Of a DNA stretch of 64,000 nucleotides, positions 44,120-55,615 are shown piece after piece. The DNA comes from Pseudomonadales bacterium (GTDB taxonomy: Bacteria; Pseudomonadota; Gammaproteobacteria; Pseudomonadales; Pseudohongiellaceae): the NCBI GenBank assembly GCA_038134485.1, contig JAYPVG010000005.1, positions 72,859 to 136,858 on the forward strand, in the 5' to 3' direction. A program made the translations under genes and the position numbers. The notes beneath the pieces are model-generated. The model did not search any database and was not told the origin of the DNA. It saw only the letters and a list, made by a program, of their open reading frames with translations. How positions within the stretch are numbered: position 1 is the first letter of the stretch; each line of letters opens with the position of its first letter.

Positions 44120-45304
44120 CTAGTTGTCCAGGCCCCGGGTTTCGAGAATCTGTACCGCCGGCAATACCATGCCCTGCACGTATTCGAGAAACGCCCCACC
44201 TCCGGTAGATATGTAGGAAATGCTGTCGGTCACCTCGAACTTGTCGATGGCGGCGATGGTTTCGCCGCCGCCGGCGATGGAAAAGCCCTGGTTAGCCGCT
44301 ACCGCTTCGGCTACTGCCCGTGTGCCGCCGGCAAACTGCGCGAATTCGAATACTCCGATCGGCCCGTTCCAGATTACTGTCTTTACATCGCCGATGATAG
44401 CGGCAAGAAGCGCTGCAGTCTCCGGTCCCACATCCAGAATCATATCGTCTTCGCCCACATCGGAAACCTTTTTAACCGTTGCGACGGCGGACTCGGAGAA
44501 CTCATTGGCAACAACAACATCCACTGGGATTGGTATATCGGTTTTCGCCATCAATGCCCGGGCCTGCTCGATCAGCTCAGGCTCGCACAGGGACTTGCCG
44601 ACCTGATATCCAGCGGCGGCAAGAAACGTATTGGCGATGCCGCCGCCGACAATCAGCTGATCGACGATATCCCCAAGGCGTTCCAGAACCCCGAGCTTGG
44701 TAGACACCTTGGCACCGCCAACGATAGCAAGCACGGGGCGTTGCGGATTCTTCAGCGACCGATCCAGGGCATCCAGCTCCTTTGCTAACAGGGGTCCTGC
44801 ACAGGCCTGTTGGGCGAATTTCGCCACGCCGTGGGTGCTGGCCTGGGCGCGGTGGGCCGTGCCGAAGGCGTCCATCACGAAGATATCGCACAATGCCGCG
44901 TAGCCCCTCGCGAGGTTCTCATCATCGGCTTTTTCTCCGCTGTTAATGCGGACATTCTCCAACAGGGTTACAGCGCCGGCACCGGGCAATGCGGCATCGG
45001 GATTTTGCAGGTAGTTTTCGCACAGCTTGACCTGGCACTCCAGCAATTGCGCCAGGCGACCGGCAATCGGCAACATGGAGGAGTCCGACTGATCGGTCAG
45101 GGGAACGCCCTCTTCCGGCCGGCCCAGGTGTGACATAACAATCGGTCTTGCGCCACGCTCAAGCGCGAGGCGAATGGTCGGCAGTGCTGCCCTGATGCGG
45201 GTGTCGTTGGCCACCGAACCGTCCTTGATCGGCACGTTGAGATCTTCCCGTATCAGAACCCGCTTGCCGGCCAGGTCCAGGTCTTCCATCCGTAAAATCG
45301 TCAT
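44120..45304 (-). CDS. pgk: Phosphoglycerate kinase
   Basis: 394 aa with [18 protein letters not shown] and GGGETIAA motifs. Confidence 0.95.
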   Translation of the reverse strand: MTILRMEDLDLAGKRVLIREDLNVPIKDGSVANDTRIRAALPTIRLALERGARPIVMSHLGRPEEGVPLTDQSDSSMLPIAGRLAQLLECQVKLCENYLQNPDAALPGAGAVTLLENVRINSGEKADDENLARGYAALCDIFVMDAFGTAHRAQASTHGVAKFAQQACAGPLLAKELDALDRSLKNPQRPVLAIVGGAKVSTKLGVLERLGDIVDQLIVGGGIANTFLAAAGYQVGKSLCEPELIEQARALMAKTDIPIPVDVVVANEFSESAVATVKKVSDVGEDDMILDVGPETAALLAAIIGDVKTVIWNGPIGVFEFAQFAGGTRAVAEAVAANQGFSIAGGGETIAAIDKFEVTDSISYISTGGGAFLEYVQGMVLPAVQILETRGLDN

Positions 45305-45315
45305 TGTCTGGTACT

Positions 45316-45357
45316 CTTTCCCTTTGCCTTTCCCTTTCCCTTTCCGTTACTCTTACT
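45316..45357 (-). repeat. Seven tandem hexamers in the epd-pgk spacer: minus strand (AGTAAG)(AGTAAC)(GGAAAG)x2(GCAAAG)(GGAAAG)x2
   Basis: Read directly from the plus strand: CTTTCC CTTTGC CTTTCC CTTTCC CTTTCC GTTACT CTTACT. The 60-nt spacer contains almost nothing else. Confidence 0.9.
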
Positions 45358-45364
45358 CTTAGCC

Positions 45365-46387
45365 TTACCCTTTCCCTGACTCTGCAAGAAATTGTGCCAC
45401 ATCCAGCATGCGGTTCGCATAGGCCCACTCGTTATCGAACCAGATAAGCAATTTCACCAGTGACGCGCCGCTGACCCGGGTAAAACTGAGGTCGACGATC
45501 GCGGACCGGGGATCGTGGTTGAAATCACAGGACGCCAGCGGCTGGTCGGTATAGCCGAGGATGTTGAGGGGCAGGGCAGTGCTTTCTGCGCGGATCAACT
45601 CGTTAACCAGGTCGACGCTGGTTGGCGTGTCTGTCACCACGGTCAGGTCGATCGCCGAAACATTTACCGTCGGCACTCGTACCGCGTAGGCCTCGAAGCG
45701 ATCCTCAAGCTCTGGCAGGATGCGCCCTATACCGCGAGTAATTTCCGTCTCAACAGGAATTATGGATTGCATGGCGCTTCGAGTTTTGCGCAAATCGTTG
45801 TGATGGTAAGCATCGATCACCGGCTGGTCGTTCATCGCCGAATGGATAGTGGTCACCACTCCCTGACGGATGCCCAGTTCCCGGTCCAGGGTTTGGATCA
45901 CCGGTATGAGTGCATTGGTAGTGCAGGAGGCGTTGGAGATGACGGTTTCTGTGCCGCTCAGCTGCCTGTGATTGATACCGTACACGACCGTCGCATCAAC
46001 GTCCCGCTCGGCGGGTTGGGAAAACAGCACTTTACCTGCGCCGGCCTGCAGGTGGCCGCTGGCTCGTTGCCGGTCGGTATAGGTACCACTGCATTCCATG
46101 ACCAGATCAATACCGAGCTCCGCCCAGGGCAGGCTGGTAAAATCGGTCTGACTAAAAACCTGCAGCGGATCACCATCGATATCCAGCAATCCGTCCCGCC
46201 GGGTGACCTCTCCAAGAAAGCGTCCATGAGTGCTGTCGTAGCGCAACAGGTGCGCCAGAGTAGCGATATCTGCCACATCGTTGACAGCCACAATACGCAG
46301 CTCCGGATAATCGGTTGACTCGTACAGGGCACGCAATACACAGCGACCGATGCGGCCAAGACCATTGATTGCGATTCGATAGGGCAT
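45365..46387 (-). CDS. epd: Erythrose-4-phosphate dehydrogenase (GAPDH family)
   Basis: INGLGRIGRCVLRALYES and SNASCTTN are present. It is colinear with E. coli Epd and sits in the tkt-epd-pgk-fba order. Confidence 0.8.
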   Translation of the reverse strand: MPYRIAINGLGRIGRCVLRALYESTDYPELRIVAVNDVADIATLAHLLRYDSTHGRFLGEVTRRDGLLDIDGDPLQVFSQTDFTSLPWAELGIDLVMECSGTYTDRQRASGHLQAGAGKVLFSQPAERDVDATVVYGINHRQLSGTETVISNASCTTNALIPVIQTLDRELGIRQGVVTTIHSAMNDQPVIDAYHHNDLRKTRSAMQSIIPVETEITRGIGRILPELEDRFEAYAVRVPTVNVSAIDLTVVTDTPTSVDLVNELIRAESTALPLNILGYTDQPLASCDFNHDPRSAIVDLSFTRVSGASLVKLLIWFDNEWAYANRMLDVAQFLAESGKG

Positions 46388-46439
46388 AGGCTTTCCCGGA
46401 CTTCCGACCAGGGCTAGACGTCCTTTACGTGGTTGAAAC

Positions 46440-48443
46440 TTAGTTAAGCAGGGTCCTGGCCACCGACGCTACATTGCCCGCGGTGAAGCCGAAGCTCTCC
46501 ATCAACTGCGGTCCAGGAGCTGACTCTCCGAAGGTGGTCATACCGACCACTGCGCCATCCAGCCCCACCAGCTTGCGCCAGAAGTCCTGGGTACCCGCCT
46601 CGACAGCGACACGTCGACGAACCGACGACGGCAATACACTCTCCCGATAGGCCTCATCCTGACTTTCGAATACGTCGACGGCCGGCATGGCAACCAGTCT
46701 TGCGTTGACGCCTTCCTGCTGCAGATCTTCCACGGCCTGGCGGCTGATTTCCACTTCCGAGCCTGTGGCTATGACTATCAGTTCCGGCTCGCCATCGCAG
46801 TCTTTGAGTACGTAACCGCCGCGGGCAATGTTTGCCAGCTGCTCGGCTGTTCGCTGCTGGTGGGGCAGACCCTGACGGGAGAGCACCAGCGAGCTGGGCC
46901 CTGTATCTCGCAGGACTGCCGCCTTCCAGGCAACCGCTGTCTCAGTGACATCGCAGGGGCGCCAGACAGACATGTTGGGGGTATATCGAAGACTGGCCAG
47001 CTGCTCTACCGGCTGGTGGGTAGGACCATCCTCTCCCTGACCGATCGAATCGTGGGTGTAAACCAGCACGGTGTGCTGCCCCATGAGGCAGCCCATGCGC
47101 ACCGCATTGCGGGCGTACTCCATAAAGATCAAAAAGGTGGCGCAGTAAGGCAGAAATCCGCCATGCAGGGCGAGTCCGTTACAGATCGCGGTCATGCCGA
47201 ATTCTCGAACGCCGAAATAGACGTAGTTGCCGTCCGCCTGTTCGGTGACAGGGGTGCTTCCGTCCCACTGGGCGCCGTTGGAACCGGCCAGATCAGCAGA
47301 ACCGCCTATGAGTTCCGGCAGCCAGCTACCGAGTTTATCCAGGCATTGCTTTGAGGCTACCCGGGTAGCAAGTTTTTCGCCGGCACTCTGACACTCCGCG
47401 ATAAAGCCGTTGATGCGTTCCTCAAAGTCGCGGGGCACTTCGCCTTTAATCCGTCGGACCAGCTCCAGCGCCAGGTCCGGGCGCTCTTCCTCAAAATGCA
47501 CGAGTTTTTCTTTCCACGCTGTTTCCGCCTGCAGGCCGCGCTCCCGGGCATCCCAGCTCGCGCGGACGGCATCAGGAATATCGAACGGCTCATGCGCCCA
47601 ACCAAGCTCTTGCCGGACTGCGGCAACCTCTTCAGCTCCCAGGGGCGAGCCATGGGTGGAAGCGGTACCCTGTTTATTGGGCGAGCCAAAACCGATCACT
47701 GTTTTACAGCGAATAATCGTTGGCCGTTCATGATCAGCCTGAGCCTGACGTATTGCATCGCTGATCTGCTGCGGGTCGTGTCCGTTTATGGCCAGAACCT
47801 GCCATCCATAAGCCTCGAATCGCTTGCTGGTGTCGTCGGTAAACCACTGCTGGATCTCGCCATCTATTGAGATTCCATTGTCGTCGTAAAAGACAATCAG
47901 CTTGTGCAGCTTGTGGGTGCCCGCAAGTGAACAGACTTCGTGGGAAATGCCCTCCATCAGGCAGCCGTCGCCTGCGAAAACGTATGTGTAGTGATCGATG
48001 ATGGCGTGGCCGTCCCGATTAAACTGCGCCGCCAGAGTTTTTTCCGCCAGCGCCATGCCCACGGCATTGGCCAGCCCCTGCCCCAGCGGGCCGGTAGTGG
48101 TTTCGACTCCCGGAGTCATGCCGTATTCGGGGTGGCCTGGCGTGCGCGAATGCAGCTGCCGAAAGTTTCGAATCTCCTCCAGCGGCAGATCGTAACCAGT
48201 AAGATGCAGCAGGGAGTAAATCAGCATAGACCCGTGTCCGTTTGAAAGAACGAAACGGTCTCTGTTAAACCATTGAGGGTTTGCCGGGTTGTGAACCAGG
48301 AATTCGTTCCATAGCACCTCGGCGATGTCTGCCATGCCCATGGGCATGCCCGGATGCCCGGAATTGGCCTGTTGCACGGCATCCATGCTCAGTACTCTGA
48401 TAGCGTCGGCCCGCTGTTTTCGCGTCACGTCTTGCGCTGACAT
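46440..48443 (-). CDS. tktA: Transketolase
   Basis: Trimmed to the ATG at 48441-48443 ([16 protein letters not shown]). GHPGMPMG and GDGCLMEG (TPP motif) are present. Confidence 0.95.
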   Translation of the reverse strand: MSAQDVTRKQRADAIRVLSMDAVQQANSGHPGMPMGMADIAEVLWNEFLVHNPANPQWFNRDRFVLSNGHGSMLIYSLLHLTGYDLPLEEIRNFRQLHSRTPGHPEYGMTPGVETTTGPLGQGLANAVGMALAEKTLAAQFNRDGHAIIDHYTYVFAGDGCLMEGISHEVCSLAGTHKLHKLIVFYDDNGISIDGEIQQWFTDDTSKRFEAYGWQVLAINGHDPQQISDAIRQAQADHERPTIIRCKTVIGFGSPNKQGTASTHGSPLGAEEVAAVRQELGWAHEPFDIPDAVRASWDARERGLQAETAWKEKLVHFEEERPDLALELVRRIKGEVPRDFEERINGFIAECQSAGEKLATRVASKQCLDKLGSWLPELIGGSADLAGSNGAQWDGSTPVTEQADGNYVYFGVREFGMTAICNGLALHGGFLPYCATFLIFMEYARNAVRMGCLMGQHTVLVYTHDSIGQGEDGPTHQPVEQLASLRYTPNMSVWRPCDVTETAVAWKAAVLRDTGPSSLVLSRQGLPHQQRTAEQLANIARGGYVLKDCDGEPELIVIATGSEVEISRQAVEDLQQEGVNARLVAMPAVDVFESQDEAYRESVLPSSVRRRVAVEAGTQDFWRKLVGLDGAVVGMTTFGESAPGPQLMESFGFTAGNVASVARTLLN

Positions 48444-48669
48444 TCTGTTGTGATTCCTCCGGAATACCCCTGCATTTGAAGGGCGATATTCTCCCGCACC
48501 TTGCGGCAAGATGCCACCGGAGTCGTGCCTATTTTTAGGCCTTTGGGACTAATGTCTGCTTATGTCTGCGCAGCGCTTGAGAGCGCATCGCGGCGCCGGA
48601 ATCTGTGGCTCCGCAACTTGCACAATTCCGGTTTTTCACCGACCCGATTGGATCCTTTCAGACGGCAAC

Positions 48670-48703
48670 AAAATCTATATCAATATATTTTGATATAGAT
48701 TTG
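48670..48703. promoter_or_regulatory. Perfect 14-6-14 inverted repeat, candidate SahR operator in the tkt/sahR divergent region
   Basis: CAAATCTATATCAA-TATATT-TTGATATAGATTTG, read directly, with no mismatch across the 14-bp arms. It ends 54 nt upstream of the sahR-like start codon. Confidence 0.6.
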
Positions 48704-48756
48704 CATTCCTGCCCCTCAGCTGCTACCTTACGCCCTTATTTTTCTGAGATGAACTG

Positions 48757-49761
48757 TTGGCCGTTACTGCGCTGAAACCCGCCGACCTGCCGGATCTCGG
48801 CGACCGCCACGACTTTACCAGGCTCTGCAAGGCGCTGGCTGACGAATTGCGGCTGGAAATCCTGCGCCTCTTGAAGACCGAGTCTTTCGGTGTCCTGGAA
48901 ATCTGCCGAGTGCTGGGTATTCGTCAGTCCGCTCTCAGCCATCATCTCAAGATTCTCGCCAACGCCGGCCTGGTTTCCACCCGCCGGGAGGGCAACTCCA
49001 TTTTTTACCGGCGCCCATTGATTCTGGACAGTGATCCGTTTGCGGATTTCAAAAACGGTGCTTTCGCCAACATCGATAGGCTGCCGCTCTCAAGCCAGAC
49101 TCTGGAGCAGGTTGAGGTTATCCACCAGGAACGTTCGCAGCAGTCACTGGATTTTTTCCGCCGTAATGCGGCCAAGTTTCGCGAACAGCAGGGGCTGATC
49201 ACCGAGTACCAGCAGTATGCAAGCAGCCTGGAGGACCTGATCAGTGGTATCAGCTTTCCCCGGGTGCCAGTGGTGATGGAAGTGGGCCCCGGTGAGGGAG
49301 AATTGCTGCTGCAACTGGCACAGCACTTCGAGCGTGTGATCGCCCTGGACAATTCCTTGGAGATGCTCGATCAGGCCCGGAAGACTGTGAGGAATCAGGG
49401 GGTCGATAACGTCGAATTTATTCACGGCGATATCACCAGAGCCCCCAGAGGCGGGCTTAACTGCGACCTCATTATTCTCAACATGGTGTTGCACCATATC
49501 CCCGCTCCCATCGAAGTCTTCAGGGAAGCGTTCCGCCTGTTGAATCCGGACGGCGTGCTGCTGGTGGTAGAACTGATCAATCACGACCAGGACTGGGTGC
49601 GCGAATCCTGCGGCGATCTATGGCTGGGCTTCGAGTCCCGGGATCTGGCGAACTGGGCGATAGAAGCGGGAATGGTCGAAGGTCAAAGCCTCTACCTCGG
49701 GCTGCGTAACGGATTTCAGATCCAGGTGCGGCTATTCGTCAGGGAATCGCAGGAAAAGTAA
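48757..49761 (+). CDS. sahR: ArsR-family wHTH regulator fused to a SAM-methyltransferase-like domain (SahR type)
   Basis: The N-terminal ALADELRLEILRLL...VLEICRVLGIRQSALSHHLKIL is an ArsR/SmtB HTH. The C-terminal VMEVGPGEGELL is methyltransferase motif I. The gene heads metK-ahcY-metF. It uses a TTG start. Confidence 0.75.
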   Translation: MAVTALKPADLPDLGDRHDFTRLCKALADELRLEILRLLKTESFGVLEICRVLGIRQSALSHHLKILANAGLVSTRREGNSIFYRRPLILDSDPFADFKNGAFANIDRLPLSSQTLEQVEVIHQERSQQSLDFFRRNAAKFREQQGLITEYQQYASSLEDLISGISFPRVPVVMEVGPGEGELLLQLAQHFERVIALDNSLEMLDQARKTVRNQGVDNVEFIHGDITRAPRGGLNCDLIILNMVLHHIPAPIEVFREAFRLLNPDGVLLVVELINHDQDWVRESCGDLWLGFESRDLANWAIEAGMVEGQSLYLGLRNGFQIQVRLFVRESQEK

Positions 49762-49812
49762 ATCACTCCAAATCTCGATAAAAATTTGAAAGACCAGACA
49801 GGGAACAAACTC

Positions 49813-50973
<1,161 letters not shown>

Positions 50974-51031
50974 CGAACATTGAGAGCCGGCTTTCAGGCA
51001 AGGCTCGGACCACTACGGAGACCATGACTTA

Positions 51032-52441
51032 ATGAATAGTTTATCGACACCAACAGCAGAGGCAGTTACCGAGGACTATCGGGTAGCGGACATCAGTCTG
51101 GCGGATTTCGGCCGCCGTGAAATCACCCTCGCGGAAGCGGAGATGCCCGCCCTGATGTCGTTGCGGCGCAAGTATGCCGCCGACAGGCCGCTGGCCGGCG
51201 CGCGGATTCTCGGCTGCATTCACATGACCGTGCAGACTGCCGTGCTGATCGAAACGCTGGTGGAACTGGGCGCCGAGGTGCGCTGGTCGTCCTGTAACAT
51301 TTTTTCTACCCAGGATCACGCTGCCGCCTGCATTGCCGCGGCCGGGATAGCCGTCTACGCCTGGAAGGGTCAAACCGTGGAAGAGGGAGACTGGTGTATT
51401 GAACAGACCATCCTGAAGAACGGCGAAGTCTGGAATGCCAATATGATCCTCGATGATGGCGGCGACCTGACCGCCATGGTGCACGAGAAGTACCCTGAAA
51501 TGCTGGAGGCTATCCACGGGATCACCGAGGAAACCACTACCGGTGTGCACCGGCTGCTGGAGATGCTGGAACAGGGCACCCTCAAGGTGCCGGCCATCAA
51601 CGTCAACGATTCGGTCACCAAGTCCAAGAACGATAACAAGTACGGCTGCCGCCACAGTCTCAATGACGGCATCAAGCGCGGCACCGATATGCTGCTGGCG
51701 GGACGCCATGCGCTGGTTATCGGCTACGGCGATGTAGGCAAAGGATCGGCCCAGAGCCTGCGTCAGGAAGGTATGATCGTCAAGATTTCGGAGATTGATC
51801 CCATCTGCGCGATGCAGGCCTGTATGGATGGCTTCGAAGTAGTTTCACCCTACATCGACGGCATCAACAGCGGCACGCTGGAAGGCATCAACAAAACCCT
51901 GCTGCAGAACATGGATCTGGTTGTCACCGCCACCGGTAACATCAATGTCTGCGACAAGTACATGCTGCAGTCCGCCAAGCCGGGCTCTGTCATTTGCAAT
52001 ATCGGGCACTTCGATAACGAAATCGATACCCGGTACATGCGTGACAACTGGCAGTGGGAAGAGGTAAAGCCCCAGGTGCACAAAATCTATCGATCCGATC
52101 CGGCCACCGACAGAGACGATTATCTTATCCTGTTGTCGGAAGGGCGGCTGATCAATCTCGGCAATGCAACCGGCCACCCCTCGCGCATTATGGATGGATC
52201 GTTCGCGAATCAGGTGCTGGCACAGATCTATTTGTATGAGAAAGCCTTCGCCAGTCAGTCCGCTGAATACAAGCAGCAAAACCTGAGCGTAGAAGTCTTG
52301 CCCAAACAGCTGGACGAGGAAGTGGCAACCCTTATGGTGGGAGGATTCGGCGGCGTGGTAACCAGGCTCACAGGACCCCAGGCGGAGTACATCAATGTGC
52401 CCGTCAACGGACCGTTCAAAACCGACAGCTACAAGTACTGA
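51032..52441 (+). CDS. ahcY: Adenosylhomocysteinase
   Basis: 469 aa, with the NAD-binding GYGDVGKG and HFDNEID motifs and a C-terminal YKY. Confidence 0.95.
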   Translation: MNSLSTPTAEAVTEDYRVADISLADFGRREITLAEAEMPALMSLRRKYAADRPLAGARILGCIHMTVQTAVLIETLVELGAEVRWSSCNIFSTQDHAAACIAAAGIAVYAWKGQTVEEGDWCIEQTILKNGEVWNANMILDDGGDLTAMVHEKYPEMLEAIHGITEETTTGVHRLLEMLEQGTLKVPAINVNDSVTKSKNDNKYGCRHSLNDGIKRGTDMLLAGRHALVIGYGDVGKGSAQSLRQEGMIVKISEIDPICAMQACMDGFEVVSPYIDGINSGTLEGINKTLLQNMDLVVTATGNINVCDKYMLQSAKPGSVICNIGHFDNEIDTRYMRDNWQWEEVKPQVHKIYRSDPATDRDDYLILLSEGRLINLGNATGHPSRIMDGSFANQVLAQIYLYEKAFASQSAEYKQQNLSVEVLPKQLDEEVATLMVGGFGGVVTRLTGPQAEYINVPVNGPFKTDSYKY

Positions 52442-52464
52442 TCGGCCAGCGAAGATCGCGCAGC

Positions 52465-53325
52465 ATGAACTCAACCGAAAACAACGGTAACCGAGCCGGA
52501 TTCAGCATAGAGTTTTTCCCGCCCCGTACCGAGCAGGGGCAGGAGAAACTGCTGGCCGTGCACGAAAGACTGGCCGCCCTGGGACCGGAATTTTTCTCGG
52601 TTACCTACGGGGCAGGAGGCTCTACCCGCGAAGGTACGCGGTCCACGGTGATGGCACTGCTGGAACGCGGTTCTGTGGTTGCGCCGCATCTTTCCTTCGG
52701 CGGCTCATCGGACCAGGAAATCCTGGCGCTGTTGCAGGGCTATCGGGAAGCAGGGGTAACAAGACTGGTGCTGCTGCGCGGAGACATCCCCTCCGGACTG
52801 GGTGCCGCCAGCCAGCACCGCTATGCCAGTGAACTGGTGGAGTTTGTGCGACGGGAAACCGGGGACTATTTCCATATCGACGTGGGGTGTTATCCGGAGG
52901 TCCACCCCGACGCTCCGGATTACCAGAGCGACATCAAATTTTTTCGGACCAAGGTTGAGGCGGGCGCCAGCTCAGCTATCACCCAGTACTTTTTCAATCC
53001 CGACGCGTATTTCTATTTCCTTGAACAGTGTCGCGCGGCGGGCATTGAAATCCCCATCGTGCCCGGCATCATGCCAATTACCAATTATGCCAACCTGGCG
53101 AGGTTCAGCAGTAATTGCGGGGCAGAAATCCCGCGTTGGATCAAAAGGCGGCTGGAAGCTTACGGCAACGATACCGACAGCATCCGCAGCTTCGGTGTCG
53201 AAGTTGTCACCCGACTCTGTGAAACCTTGCTGGCAGGCGGTGCTCCCGGGCTGCACTTTTACGCCATGAACCAGGCAGGCAGCGTCTCGGCGATCTGGCA
53301 GAATCTCGATTCTGACAAAAGCTGA
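52465..53325 (+). CDS. metF: 5,10-methylenetetrahydrofolate reductase
   Basis: 286 aa with SIEFFPPRT and SVTYGAGGSTR motifs. Confidence 0.92.
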   Translation: MNSTENNGNRAGFSIEFFPPRTEQGQEKLLAVHERLAALGPEFFSVTYGAGGSTREGTRSTVMALLERGSVVAPHLSFGGSSDQEILALLQGYREAGVTRLVLLRGDIPSGLGAASQHRYASELVEFVRRETGDYFHIDVGCYPEVHPDAPDYQSDIKFFRTKVEAGASSAITQYFFNPDAYFYFLEQCRAAGIEIPIVPGIMPITNYANLARFSSNCGAEIPRWIKRRLEAYGNDTDSIRSFGVEVVTRLCETLLAGGAPGLHFYAMNQAGSVSAIWQNLDSDKS

Positions 53326-53360
53326 TCAGCGTTGCAGCCGGGGCAACAGTTGGCCAAACT

Positions 53361-54089
53361 ATGCGACTTTCAAGACTTCACCAGACACAGAAACTGGCTT
53401 CCGGCACCACCGTTGCGCTGGAGCGAGACAGCGCGCACTACCTGGGTCGGGTGCTGCGACTGCAGCCCGGTGACACAATTCACCTGTTTAACAGCGAGGA
53501 CGGCGAGTTCGCCGCGCAGGTCATTGAACTCGGGAAACAGCAGGCTCTGGTGCGTATTCTGGAGCCGGTGACAGTTCAGGCCAATCCGCAACTGAGCATC
53601 CACCTGGGGCTGGGACTGTCCCGGGGCGAGCGCATGGATTATGCGGTGCAGAAATCCACCGAGCTCGGAGTGGGGAGCATCACGCCAGTGATCACTGAGT
53701 ACTGCGAGGTGCGACTCAGTCCCCAACGGCAGGAAAACCGCCAGGCTCACTGGCAACGGGTGGCCATCAGTGCGTGCGAACAGTGCGGTCGCAGCCAGGT
53801 GCCGACTGTCAATCGTCCCGAGACCCTGTTGCAATGGCTGGCCAGCCATCCATCTGGAATTCTGCTCGATTCCCGCGCCGACGCGCACCTGTCCGACCAA
53901 CAGGTTGAAAGTTCCATCGCGCTTCTCGTAGGGCCGGAAGGGGGATTCAGTGAACAGGAGCTGGTTTCAGCGCGACAGCATGGATACCGGGTAATCAGTC
54001 TGGGGCCGCGCGTACTGCGCACCGAAACGGCGCCGGTTGCGGCGCTGAGTGTATTGCAGTATCTGTTCGGGGACCTGAGGCGAAGCTGA
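53361..54089 (+). CDS. rsmE: 16S rRNA (uracil1498-N3)-methyltransferase
   Basis: 242 aa. The HYLGRVLRL N-terminal PUA-like part and the LVGPEGGFS SPOUT knot motif are present. Confidence 0.88.
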   Translation: MRLSRLHQTQKLASGTTVALERDSAHYLGRVLRLQPGDTIHLFNSEDGEFAAQVIELGKQQALVRILEPVTVQANPQLSIHLGLGLSRGERMDYAVQKSTELGVGSITPVITEYCEVRLSPQRQENRQAHWQRVAISACEQCGRSQVPTVNRPETLLQWLASHPSGILLDSRADAHLSDQQVESSIALLVGPEGGFSEQELVSARQHGYRVISLGPRVLRTETAPVAALSVLQYLFGDLRRS

Positions 54090-54095
54090 TTGCTG

Positions 54096-55409
54096 CTAGA
54101 AGCGCAATGCCAGTTTGCCGATACCGATGCGCCGACCAAACAGCCCGTCGGTGAAATTGCCCGGGTCGATGCCGTGGCTGCCCCGCTGGAGAGAGCGGGT
54201 GATGGGCCTGACCAAGTCCTGATCTTTCTGCTCACCCTGATTGATCAATTCAAATTTTGATCGACGTTGCTTGCGGGCATTGGTGACAACGGTGACCCTG
54301 GGTGTCAACCGCTGATTGGGATTCTGCTCGGTCACGATGCCTACTTCACCGCTCGCCAGTTCCACCACAGAGCCCGCGGGAAACATGCCCAGTGCTTTGA
54401 TAAATTCGTAGACCAGCTGATCCGCAAACTTGATTTTGCGTTGCTTGTACAGGCGACTGATTGCTGTCGCAGGCGACAGATCAGCCTCGGATGAACGTCT
54501 CAGCATTCTTTCGTAACTGTAGGCAAGGTTCGCGATCCGGGCCGCTACGGGAATCTGGTCGCCTCGCTGGCGGCGCGGAAAACCCCTGCCGTCATGGCGT
54601 TCATGGTGAGCACGAACGATGCCGATCACCTGCTGACTTATGTTCTCCTCAGTCCGCAGTATGTCGACACCGATACCGACGTGCTTCTGGTAGTGCAGGT
54701 ACTCGGCGCGGCTGAACGACCCTTTCTTGCGCACAAATTGCGGGCTAAATTTTGCCATACCGATGTCGGCGAGCAATGTGCCAACAAAAAGAGATTCAAT
54801 TTCATCTTTTGCCATACCGATGTGACAGGCGAATATCGTGGCCCAGATGGTCGCACGTATACTGTGTTTTAACTGGCAATCGCCCTGTTCGCTGGTGTTC
54901 AGGTACCAGATAAATGCATCGGGGTTGCGGATCACGCAGGCGATCGTCGCCCCTGCCAGCCGGTAAATCTCTGTCAACCCGAGGGGACGGTGCTCCCGAG
55001 CATTTTCTATGACCCGGTCAAGCTGACTTTCAAGCTGACTGTACAGCCGTGAGGCTTCGTCAATCTCCTGCCTGACTGAGCGAGTTCTGGGGTATATGTC
55101 CGGGCGCACCCTCAGCTCCGCTGATTCCGGCGACTGCTTTCTGGCGCTGCTGAGTATCGTGAGCTGGGTTGGAGACTTGCTTTGCGGACTCGCACCTTTG
55201 CCGGGATCGATATAAACAAACTTGCAGCAGGTCTTCAGGAACTGAATCTGATCGAATTTGCGCAGATGAAATCCATTGACGGGAAAGGGCGTGTGCCGCC
55301 AGGGGCGGTCCAGTTCAATCACGAACATGCCGAGCACAAGATCCCTGACAGGAACCTTGATCCATTGATTTTGTGTCCCTGACGCGGAATTGGCATGATT
55401 GTCTGGCAT
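54096..55409 (-). CDS. HD-GYP domain cyclic-di-GMP phosphodiesterase-like protein with DUF3391-type N-terminus
   Basis: IKVPVRDLVLGMFVIELDRPW matches the DUF3391 pattern. The HD part has ATIWATIFACHIGM and LLADIGM, and the HHERHDGRGFP motif is a GYP variant (GFP). Confidence 0.8.
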   Translation of the reverse strand: MPDNHANSASGTQNQWIKVPVRDLVLGMFVIELDRPWRHTPFPVNGFHLRKFDQIQFLKTCCKFVYIDPGKGASPQSKSPTQLTILSSARKQSPESAELRVRPDIYPRTRSVRQEIDEASRLYSQLESQLDRVIENAREHRPLGLTEIYRLAGATIACVIRNPDAFIWYLNTSEQGDCQLKHSIRATIWATIFACHIGMAKDEIESLFVGTLLADIGMAKFSPQFVRKKGSFSRAEYLHYQKHVGIGVDILRTEENISQQVIGIVRAHHERHDGRGFPRRQRGDQIPVAARIANLAYSYERMLRRSSEADLSPATAISRLYKQRKIKFADQLVYEFIKALGMFPAGSVVELASGEVGIVTEQNPNQRLTPRVTVVTNARKQRRSKFELINQGEQKDQDLVRPITRSLQRGSHGIDPGNFTDGLFGRRIGIGKLALRF

Positions 55410-55520
55410 TTGGACAGCTTAATGCCTTCTGTATGCGCGACTGTGATAGTGCTCACAATTCGGCGGAGAGTGTCGGTCACTATTTGCTGAATTGAGAGCT
55501 GGATCACGCTGAGCGGCGAG

Positions 55521-55551
55521 ACAAAATAATGCGCCCCCATAAAGGGGGCGC
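55521..55551 (-). terminator. Rho-independent terminator downstream of amtB
   Basis: An 8-bp GC stem GCGCCCCC-ATAAA-GGGGGCGC, followed on the minus strand by ATTATTTTGT. It starts 65 nt after the amtB stop. Confidence 0.8.
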
Positions 55552-55615
55552 GATGTGGAGGAGTTGCGCCTGCAGGATCTTACAATACCCCCTGAAGGCG
55601 CAGCTTGTTGCCCTG

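Noticed and set aside
45316-45357. I checked whether the tandem repeat tract could be a CRISPR array or minisatellite.
   Set aside because: The units are 6 nt with no spacers and the tract is only 42 nt long. There are no cas genes and no repeat-spacer periodicity anywhere in the window.
45159-45428. An 89-aa ORF with an [20 protein letters not shown] repeat, which looks like a low-complexity charged peptide.
   Set aside because: It is the hexamer repeat of the epd-pgk spacer read in another frame, and it overlaps the pgk 5' end and the epd 3' end. The repeat itself is reported, not this ORF.
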